The position numbers and the translations under genes were made by a program. Below, piece by piece: positions 27,301 to 39,300 of a stretch of 64,000 nt of DNA. Under the pieces are notes generated by a model. The model was not told where the DNA came from, did not search any database, and saw only the letters and a list, made by a program, of their open reading frames with translations. Source of the stretch: Perna viridis (Eukaryota); the NCBI GenBank assembly GCA_037379345.1, contig CM074518.1, forward strand, positions 24,738,001 through 24,802,000. Reading direction: 5' to 3'. Every line of letters starts with the position of its first letter. The first letter of the stretch is position 1.

Positions 27301-30300
27301 CAAGGACAATTAACTCCACCAATCTGGACAAGGAAAGGAAACCAGGACAACAAATGGAGAATTGCTCAAGTCAACATTGTCACACCTTCGCCATATCAGG
27401 TTAGTTACATAAAGAAAATTACCCAAGTCAATATTGTCACTACTTCACCATACCAGGTTAGTTACATATGTTACGCCTTTGCCATACCAGGTTGGTTACA
27501 CAAGTCGGCATTGTGACACCTTCACCATGCCAGGTTCGTTACACAAGTTGGCATTGTCACACCTTCACCATATCAGGTTAGTTACACAAGTCAACAATGT
27601 CACACCTTCACCATATCAGGTTAGTGAATGTATTTGCTTCTTCCTTCAATTCAAGACTTTAAGATTGATTGTCATTACTTTTGAAATTACTTTCACTATA
27701 TTTTTAAAGTACTTACAAAAATGTCATAATTGCAGGTTGCATTTGAAGCAGTGCGTGGTCCATCATATACCAGTGACATTGCCATAGATGATGTCTCTCT
27801 CAATGATGGAAAATGTCCACCCCCTGGAAACTGTAACTTTGAATCTGGACTTTGTACATGGACTAATGATCAGATAGGAGATGATTTTGATTGGATAAGA
27901 AACCATGGAAGAACAACAAGTTCAGGAACAGGACCAAATGCTGATCATACTGTTAATAATCAAAATGGTGACTATTATTTCCTATTTTCTTTTCCAATCA
28001 TTTGAAAAGTTCAAAATGTAAGAAGGGTACCGGTGACAGTCTGGCTGACACATTGCCAGTTAACTTCAGTTAAATCCAAAAAGTTAAACCAAAACCTGTA
28101 CAATGTTTTGAAGCATCAAATCTTGGTGTTTTTTACATATTCATTTGTATATTTAAGTTATATTTATTTGAAAAATAAGGTTGTTTCCAATTCAGTAAAT
28201 TGAACCTCACGTTTCGGAATGGCTTTTGGTTAATTTAATTCTTTGGATTGATCAGTCAAATTAAAGCTTGACATGACAACAAAAGGAGAATCTTGATGTA
28301 TTTAATGACAGTAGTGATGGTTATGATTGTTTGGAATATTTTTATACCTGGGGCATAATGAAAGAGTAATCAAGGGAACCAAGGTTATAGCAGTAATCAA
28401 AAGAATGTAATCCGGGGACAAAGACCAGACATGGTAAACGAACATACACAACAAAGAACATAAAGTAACTAAAATCATACATACAAAGTTACAAAAGCAA
28501 ATGAGCAACTCAGACTCCACTAAAAACTGGGAACATGGACCAGGTGCACCGGTATGGTAAGCGTCCTCTGTTTTTCTAGAAACACCCGCCAAGCTGCTCA
28601 TAAAAAGTCCAGTCTGTGGTAGACAAATGAGGAAATGAAAACTATGACCCGTTGAATAAATCAGTTTTCATGGTGCAGATGGATACACCATAACCATCCA
28701 CGAGTTCATGTTGACAACCATAAAACTTCTGTAGTGATGACTTCAATCTTGTAGCAACATTACCCTGTTCCAGAAGCCTATTTGTTAGAGTTCTAGCATG
28801 ATACAAAAAGTCTGTGTAGTTTCGGCAAGCTCTGGCTTTAAAATTACCTTGTCTGTCTATCTGTTTTTGTGAGCTTGCTCTCGGTCTTTCTAGTTATACC
28901 CCTGACTTTGCAAATGATAAGGGCGTCCATTCTTCCTTCTGTTATATGGAGGGACCCATCTCTTATTCATTACTCCTCTTACACCACTGAATGGATATGG
29001 ATGAAACTTTCACATAATCTTTATTACATATTCCCCTTGTGCTCCTTTTGTGTTAGACTTCAATTGAAAGGTTAATAGGTACAATGTTATCAAATGAGGG
29101 GTATCAGGTCAGTGAGCATAGTTCATAGTTTTTCTAGTTCTTTTAAAGATGTCTTATTGTCACTAACTTTGACTTGAAAAGTTTTGAGGCTGTTTTTTTG
29201 TATTTAAATAGTTCTAAGCTCAATTCAGCTCTTGTCTACTTTTGTGTATTGTTTCAATGGTCTGTTCACATTGATCAAGAATTTCTTTTCAAAGACTTCA
29301 CAGTAGTAAAGGAAGCATAGTTACTAAAGCAAGAATCTTATTGCCAAATCACCATAAACTATGAAAGAAATTAAATCATTGATTTCAGTTATTATGGTTC
29401 ATTTAAATTTTAATTTTAGTAAAGTATTCAGGCAAATTGTATTATAATCAATGTAAATAAGACAAAACAAGAAACTTCATTTAAGTTATATTATCATGTG
29501 ATATGACTAATTTTCCTTACTCATTTCAGGATATTATCTGTATATTGAAGCATCATCACCCCAGAAACCTGGTCAAAAGGCTCGTATTCGATCCGAAGTT
29601 TTCCCTCCAACTGCTGGTAGTTGCTTCTCTTTCTTTTATTTGATGTATGGAAGGACAATGGGAACTTTGAATCTCTATCTTGACACCATTGGATCTTCAA
29701 GCACACCCAATCAGCATTCAAGCTTGTTCCAGAACTCAGTAAATCAGGGCCAAAAATGGATAAAGGCCTTTGTAAATGTCACCAGCAGACAGGAATATAC
29801 TCTTGCATTCGAGGCAGTTATCGGAAGTGGTTATTTAAGTGACATTGCAATAGATGACATTACATTAAAATCTGGATTATGTCCTGCTACCCCTCCATCC
29901 AGTCAGCTCTTCCAGTGTACAACTGGTAATTCCATATCTGCTCTCAAGGTGTGCAATTTCCAAAATGATTGTCCAGATGGAAGTGATGAAAAGAACTGTG
30001 GAAATTGCACTTTTGATAACTCACAGTGTGGATGGATAGATTCAAGTGCAGGATCTTTTAGATGGACAAGACACAACAATGGAACAGAAATTGGAAATAC
30101 TGGACCACGAAATGACCATACAAGGAATAATCCACTTGGATTTTACATGTATGTAGATTCTAATTTTGGACAAGGTTCTTCTAGATTTGCATCCCTACGA
30201 AGTCCAACTTTGAGAAACTCTGCTTCAACTTGTCAAATGACATTCTGGTACCACATGTATGGAAGAACTGGAACTTTGTTTGTAAGCAAGGTTGTTCAAG

Positions 30301-33300
30301 GTCAGCCTACTTCCTTGACATATCTGGGTAGAACAAATAGTAACCAATGGCAACAGAGAACAGTAAATATTGGACAAGTGAATCAAGACTTCTATATACA
30401 GTTCAGAGGATCTAAAACTTTGTCTCTTGTTGGAGATATTTCTATTGATGACATTTCTTTCCAGAACTGTGGACTTCCACCCATTCAGGCAACCTGTGGT
30501 GCTAACCAATTCCAGTGTACCAGAGGATCTTGTGTTGATAACAATCGACTTTGTGACTTTACAAATGATTGTGGAGATAATAGTGATGAGTCATCATGCT
30601 CTGGTTACCCATCAAGGTGTGCTTTTGATCTTTCATTTTGTGACTGGACTCAAGGAGCTGGTGATAGTTTTGACTGGTCCAGGAGAAATAGCCCAACACC
30701 AACTGCTGGAACAGGACCAACACATGATCATACAACGGGCCTCAGATCTGGTGGATTTGCCTATATTGAAACATCAAGACCAAGAAAAGTTGGTGACACA
30801 GCCATATTACTCAGCTCAGCGTACAATGCAGTTAACTCAGGTTGTTATTTTGTATTCTATTACATGTTGAATGGAAGGCTTGTTGGAAATTTGAATGTGT
30901 ACCTGAGACAAAATGGTGGTAGTACTCCATTGAAACAAATCTTCAGCACAACTGGAAACCGTGGTGATATATGGGATAGGGCCTTCATAAACATTCAATC
31001 TCAGTACCCTTTCCAGATTGTAATCCAGGCCACTGTTGGTGGACTGATTAGTGGAGATATTGCAATAGACGATACTGTTTTCAGTAAAGGATGTGTGAAA
31101 GCTCAAAATGTTCAGTTCCCTGGCTCAGTTAATATTCCACCTAATGTTCCAAGTGGACAGTGCCAAAACACAGCTGGAGATTTCAAAACTTGTGGACCAT
31201 GTGATTTTGAATCTGGAATGTGTGGATGGGTTGATAGAAGTAATGGAAGATTTAACTTCAGCAGGCATTCAGCAACGCAGAACAAAGGCAACATTGTTGG
31301 ACCATCACTAGACCATACAAAGAATTCAGCTCAGGGCTACTATGTTTTTGTTGAGGGATCACAAGGCGTATTCTACAGTACTGCTATTCTGCAAAGTCCT
31401 ATGATGCCCCCCTCTGCTAGTACTTGTGAGCTTTATTTCTACTACAACATGTATGGAGCAAATGTAGGTACTTTAACCACCATGCTCTTTATAAACGGAA
31501 CAAGATTCCCAATCGATATTATAAATGGCAATCAGGGACAAGGCTGGCATCTAAGGAAAGCCTATATTGGACAAAGAATTGGGGCTATTGCCACCAAATG
31601 GCAAGTGAAGTTCTATGTAAGACCTGGAAGATCTTTTGCCCCATCAAACACAAATGATATTGCCATAGATGATATCTCATTTGTAAACTGTGCAGGAACA
31701 GCTCCTAACATCAGCTGCAATTTTGACAGTGGACTCTGTAATTGGGTCCAGGCGGTGAATGATGATTTCCAATGGACTGTTAACAAAGGCACTACAAGAA
31801 CATCTGGAACTGGACCATCACGAGACCATACTTCAGGTTCAGGCCAGTATATTTATATTGAAACTTCTTACCCCAGGAAACGAGGAAACCAAGCTACACT
31901 GGATAGTCCTACCATGCCTCCCACTCCATTACAAGGCAACTGTTTGTCCTTCTGGTACTACATGTTTGGACCAACCATTGGAAGTCTTAGAGTCTATCTG
32001 ACTACATCTAATAACAGAGTTCTTTTCTGGTCAAAAAATGGCACTCAAGGTGATAAATGGACACAAGCCTATAGAACAATTAACTCCTCAATTGACTACA
32101 AAATTTCTCTAACTGGTATAGTTGGGAAAGGTCCACAGGGAGATATAGCAATTGATGATGTAACTGTTTCTCCAGGTCCTTGCCCCCTTCAGCCTGGTTG
32201 TGATTTTGAATCTGGTTTCTGTGACTGGAAACAGAGCAGTGCAGATGATTTTGACTGGACAATTGGCAATAATGGAACAACCTCTGTTGGAACAGGCCCT
32301 CCTTTTGATCACACTTACCAATCTAGCACTGGACATTATGCTTACATTGAAACATCTGGAAGACAACCTAATAATAGGGCAGTACTTCTTAGTCCAATGG
32401 TAACATCTGCTGTTACAACTACTAAATGTATGCAGTTTTGGTATCACATGTATGGAAAGACTATTGGATCATTGAATATTTATATCCAGAGAAATAATTC
32501 TCAAGCCAAACAGATATGGTCTAGAACTGGAAACCAGCAAAATATGTGGAGACATGGGCAAGTGACAATATATCAGTATGGAGTGTATTCCATTATGATA
32601 GAGGCAGTCAGAGGACTTGGTTACCAAGGAGATATTGCTATTGATGATGTTGTGATCACAAATGGTGCATGTGCCCCTGTTGGAACTTGTAATTTTGAGC
32701 AAGGAACATGTGGCTGGACCAATGCTATAACAGGTGATGATTTTGATTGGACACGAGACTTTGGTGGAACAAACAGTGCAAGAACTGGACCCAAAGTTGA
32801 TCACACTTTAGGTACATCCCAAGGTCATTACATGTACATTGAAACTTCTGGAACAGGAAGACGAATTGGAGAAAAGGCATGGTTTGTGAGTGATATCTTG
32901 AAACCTCTAACTTCTGGCTGTTTGAAGTTCTGGTATCACATGTATGGAGCTGGTATTGGCAAGTTGAATGTATATCAACAACTGTTTGGCTCACAAAGAC
33001 TGGCTTTGTTGTGGTCCTCAAGTAGTAACCATGGCAATGTATGGTTGAGTGCACAGGTGGCTGTTAGATCATCGCAAGAATTTACTTTAACTTTTGAAGG
33101 TGTCTATGGTGGTAATTACACTGGTGACATTGCCATTGATGATGTTGTCTTCCAAAGGGTAGGGTGCTCACAGACACCACCTACGACACCAACAGTGTTT
33201 CCACCATCAACAACAAGAAGTCCTTATCCACCCACTGCAGTAGACTGCAACTTTGAAAATGGAATATGCCTATGGTCACAAGACAAAAATGATACATTTG

Positions 33301-36300
33301 ATTGGACAATGAAAACTGGTACTACTACATCAGTGAAAACTGGTCCTGTTGCTGACCACACATTACAGAATGCAGCTGGACACTATATCTACATTGAGGT
33401 CTCTGGTAAAAGTCCAAACAGTACAGCTAGAATTGTTAGTCCCAATGTCAACATAAGGTCAGCTGGAGTATGTTTGAAGTTCTGGTACAACATGTATGGA
33501 GTCAATGTCAACAGATTGAGTGTTTACTCAAAGAATGCAGGAGTAATGAGCCAAGTTTGGACACGGTTTGGAAACCAGGGACTTGACTGGAAATATGCCC
33601 AGGTTCATATTACAAACCAAGGCCTTAATCAACAACTTGTCTTTGAAGGTGTTGCTGGAACACGTTATGCTGGGGATATAGCCCTTGACGATGTGACATT
33701 CAACATAGGAGATTGCCCACAGGCCTCAGTCTGTGACTTTGAAGATGGCATATGTGGCTACACACAGGACAGTAGTGATCAATTTGACTGGACCCTCAAC
33801 TCAGGGAGAACCAATAGTACTCGCACTGGACCTAAAGCAGATCATACTTTCCAGACAAATGAAGGAAAATACATTTACATTGAGTCATCTGCTCCAAGGA
33901 GAAGAAATGATAAGGCCAGAATTGACTCACCACTTTATCCAGCCACAACAGGATCCTGCTTGAAATTCTGGTTTAATATGTATGGCAGGTCAGTTGGATT
34001 TTTACAAGTCTATGTCAAACCCTCTGGAGCCAGTAATGGGAGAATGATCACAAAAATTGGACAAAACCATGGAACAGCATGGAAACCATTCCATGTAACA
34101 GTTCAGAGTCCAACTCCATTTAGAATCACTTTTGAGGGAATAGTTGGAAATGGTTATCAGGGTGACATAGCTCTTGATGATATTCAGCTTGTATCAGGAG
34201 CTTGTCCACCAAGAGGAAGTTGTGACTTCGAAAAAGACACATGTGCATGGAGAAATATGAATTTTAATGATACGATGGACTGGGAAAGAGCAAGGGGTAG
34301 AACTGCATCTGCAGGGACTGGACCTGCTGCAGACCACACTCTTAACACACCATATGGTACATATTTGTATATTGAAGCATCATCAAGGAAACAAGGAGAC
34401 AATGCATTGCTGGCTTCACCATGGTTACGACCTACAAATTCAAGTCGCTGCATGACATTCTGGTATAATATGTATGGAACAGGAATTGGATCTCTCAATG
34501 TTTATCAGCGAGTATATCCTCAACCATTAAACCAGCTTTTCACCTTGTTAGGTGACCAAGGGAATGGATGGAAACAGGCCCAAGTTAATATACAATCTTC
34601 TCCTTCAAGAGGGTACAATGTTTATATTAGAGGCATTGTGGGAACTAATTACAAAAGTGACATTTCCATTGATGACATTGTTATAAATAACTTTGGCTGT
34701 GGGAGCCTGCCACCTGCAACCACATCATCAACTTGTGCATACACATGTACTGGAAACAACCAATGTATTAGTAGTGACAAAGTTTGTGATTTTATACCTG
34801 ACTGTTCTGATGGTGGAGATGAAAAGCAGTGTGGTTATGATTGTACTTTTGAAAATGGACAGGTTTGCAGATGGACGAATAGCTCTACAACATCATTTAA
34901 GTGGTTAAAGAACAGAGGTGCCACACCTGATTCTAACACAGGCCCTTCAATTGACCACACAACTCTTGGACCTAATGGATACTACATGTATGTAGATGCA
35001 AGTGGAGGTGGACTCTACAGCCATGCCTACTTCACAAGTCCAACACTGAAACAGTCAGCAAGCACGTGTCAAATGACTTTCTGGTATCACATGTATGGAA
35101 CAGGAATAGGCACACTGTATATTTATATGAAGACTGTAGGAAGTACAACAAACACTAGAGTATGGAACTTGCAAGGCAATCAAGGAAACAGATGGAACAG
35201 AGGAGTTGTCAACATTGGACGGATAGACACCAACTTCCAGATTCTTTTTGATGCTAAAAGATCGTACAGTACCAAAGGAGACATTGCTATTGATGATATT
35301 AAATTCCAAGGTTGTGGCCTACCAACTGTTAGTACATCATGTGATGCCACTCACAACTTCACATGTGGAAGAGGAGCCTGCATCTCTTTGAACCGTGTAT
35401 GTGACTTTACTGATGACTGTGGTGACAACACTGATGAACAAATAAACACATGTAGTTCCTATATAGGATGTAACTTTGAATCTGGACTTTGTACCTTTTC
35501 ACAACTTACAGATGATGACTTTGATTGGACTAGACGTGCAGGAAGTACTCCATCTCAGCTGACTGGACCAGCTAGGGACCATACTCTAAACACAAAAGCA
35601 GGACTATACTTGTACATTGAAACTTCCCGTCCAAGAACACCGGGACAGAAAGCAAGACTTGCTAGTCAGTTCTTTCAACCAACAACTTCACACCCATATT
35701 GTACAATGAGATTTTACTACTTCATGTTTGGCAAAGATGTTAACCAGCTTGCTGTTTACACCAGGTCAAGTGTGAATGGAGGAACACTGTTAAGATATCG
35801 CAGATCTGGAAACCTTGGTGAATACTGGGAAAGAAGAGAAGTGGGTGTGTATTCTAGCAAACCTTTCCAATTCATCATAGAGGCTACTGTTGGAAAATCT
35901 GCCTATAGTGATATTGCTATTGATGATATCTCCTTCTCCAAAGCCTGCAAGCCATATACAGGACCAATATCTACCCTACCTCCAGGTTCTGTTACAACCA
36001 TTTCTCCCACTGGTAATTGCCCTACTGGACAGTACAAGTGCAATAATGGAAAATGTATTAACTCAACCTTAGTCTGTGACTTTATAAACAATTGTGGTGA
36101 TAACTCAGATGAAATCAAATGTCAAGAATGTGACTTCCAGTCTTCACAGTGTGGTTGGATGGATAGCAGTGCTGGCAGGTATCAGTGGGATAGACATAAT
36201 GGATCAACATCAACTGGCCCAAGAAATGATCACACTTATGGCACTTCGCAAGTTGGAAATTACATGTATGTTGATGCAGGAAGTGGACAGAATTATGGGA

Positions 36301-39300
36301 AAGCTGTACTGGTTTCCCCTCCTTTTGGTAACCTTAACTCATTGTGCTCATTGAATTTCTTCTACTATAAGAACAGTAATGCTGCTGGAACACTACGCAT
36401 GTACCTTGTGCCACCTAATATTAAATACAACTCCCTTGTTGGCAGAATAAGAATTTGGTCTGCTTTTGGTAATCATGGTAACACATGGAACAATGCTACA
36501 GTCGGAATTGGAAGAAGAACACCAGGATACTATCTGGTTCTTGAAGCCTTGCACTCAGGGAAAACTGTTGACATGGCTGTAGATGATTTCCATTTCACAA
36601 ACTGTGCTATTAGTCCATCTTCAACATACTGTGCTTCCAACCAGTTCACATGTGCAAGAAAGTCCTGTGTTGACCTTGCTTATGTGTGTGATTTCTCAGA
36701 TGACTGTGGTGACCAATCAGATGAAAAAAATTGTTCAAATTATGTTGAACGTTGTAACTTTGAACTTGACCTCTGTAATTGGATCCAAGATGACCAGGAC
36801 AATTTTGATTGGTCATATGGTTCAGGTGTAACAAGTACTGTTGGAACTGGACCAAGCTCTGACCATACATATGGGTCAAAAATAGGGCATTATATGTATA
36901 TTGAGACATCATCACCTAGGAAGTTAGGGGATGCTGCAAGACTAAAGAGTCCAGTATTTTCACCAAGCTCTAGTAATTGTAGGATCAGATTCTACTACCA
37001 TATGTATGGACCAGATGTAAATACTCTGAATTTGTACAAAGAGAACTATGAAAGTGGTCCCATGTCTCTGTTATGGACCAAAAATGGATCCCAAGCAAAT
37101 GCCTGGATAAGAGCAGTTGTGTCAATATCAGGGTCATCACCTTTCAGAGTTGTAATTGAAGCTGTACGAGGCAATGGTTATAAGGGTGATATCGCTGTTG
37201 ATGATGTTTCATTTACACCAGGATGTCAAGTGGTTCCTGCTGCCACATTACCTGCTGTATTAACAACCCCTGGACCATGTGGACCTGGCAAGTGGCAGTG
37301 TGCCAACAAACAATGTATTGATTACAGCAAAGTTTGTGATTTTAAGAATGACTGCAGTGATAACAGTGATGAAGCCAAATGCCCAGCTTCCTGTCCATTC
37401 AGCAGTGGAATGTGCTATTGGACCAATGACCAGAAAATGGCCCAAGGTAACTGGAATGTAGCCAGCAATGGTAACCCAGCAACAAACACAGGCCCAAGCA
37501 CAGACCACACCTCATCTTCAAGCTCTGGTGGATTTGCAGTCATTTCCAAAGCAGCCAATGATACAGGAAAGATTTTCCGTCTCAATAGTCCAATGTACCA
37601 CCAAGCAGGAAAGACTTGTAACTTCTCTTTATGGTATAACATCCATGGAAAAGCCTTCAGACAATTTAAGATTTACATCCATTCTGGTGGAGTAGAAAGT
37701 ACACTGTTTAGTCTCTATTATCTTCAGCTGAACAAACAACAGGACACTTGGCAACAAGCCCAAGTCAGACTACCAGGCTGTGCACACCAGTTTTACATCA
37801 TTATTGAGGGAATAAGCTATGGCAGACAGGCAGGATACATAGCAATAGATGATCTACAGTTCAGCAATTGTATGACTCCACCATCTACAGGATCTTGCAC
37901 AAAAGACCAATACACATGTTTAAGTGGAAACTGTGTTCCTATGAACTTACGTTGTGACCTGCAAAATGACTGTTGTGATGGCAGTGATGAAGTTAAGTCC
38001 CTTTGTATGGGTTACAGTCAGTGCACTTTTGAGTACTCATTGTGTGGATGGCAACAACTGACCACTGATAACTTCAACTGGACAAAACATCGAGGTCCAA
38101 CATCATCAAGTAGAACTGGACCAACACAAGATCATACCACAGGGTCAAGATCTGGATATTACTTATACATTGAATCATCAAGCCCTAGAAAACCAAATGA
38201 TACTGCCAGTATTGGGCTATATCTACCAAGAAACAAAGGTTCATGTTCAATGAGATTTTGGTACCATATGTATGGTAGTGCTATTGGTGGTATGAATGTT
38301 TATATCAATTCATTAGCTAGAGGAAAGATTAAACTTGACAGTGTGACATCACAACAGGGTAACAAATGGCTCCGTAGAGAAGTGAATTTAACAAGCTCGT
38401 CACCATATCAGGTGATCATTGAAGGTGTTGTTGGAGCAGGAATTACTGGAGACATAGCCATTGATGATGTTAGTTTCACACCAGGATGTGGAGCTCCAAC
38501 AGTTGTTACTCCTTCCCCTCATCCTATGACAACTCCTAGACCAAACCTTTGTCAAGGTTGGCAGTTCCAGTGTGGAGACAACAGCTGTATTGCCAAGATC
38601 AAAGTTTGCAATTTTAAACAAGACTGTAAAGATGGATCAGATGAGAAACAGTGTCCAACAGACTGTACATTTGAAGGGTCACAAGGAAATTGTGGATATA
38701 ATGAAACTGCTATTGATGGATTTGATTGGAGAGTTGGAAGTGGTGGTGATACATCAAGCCTTGTTGCTCCATCAGTTGATGCTACAACCCAAGATCAAAA
38801 CGGCCATTTTCTGTATATTAATGATAACACAGGTGGACACCCAGGAGTTAGTAAGAAAGCTCAAGTATCAAGTCCAACATACACAGTGGCTAATGGTAAC
38901 TGCAAAGTTACCTTTGCATACTATTTCAATGGACAAACACTTGGAACACTCTATATGTACATTCTTGAGCAGTCTGTTAAGACTCAGCTGTGGAGACTAT
39001 CTGGATACTCTGGCAGAAAATCTGATGACCAGTGGCATAAAGTCACTGTTGGTATCGGTCATCGTAGTTCTCCATTCAACCTCATTTTTACTGAAGTTTC
39101 AAGCACCTATAATGGAGCCACTGCTATTGACAATATTCAGTTTACAGACTGTAGCATGAGTCCACCAGTGCAGGTTTGCAACACAAATACACATTTGCTC
39201 TGTGGCAACAAAGCATGTATACCACTGTCATTACAATGTGATCTAACAGATAACTGCGGTGATGGCTCAGACGAAGCAAATTGTGGTAGCTATAAAGAGT

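Noticed and set aside
28500-28640. SECIS or hammerhead ribozyme in the Penelope-like UTR
   Set aside because: A stem-loop is plausible, but by eye I could not place a SECIS UGAN/NGAN quartet with correct spacing or a CUGANGA/GAAA hammerhead core.
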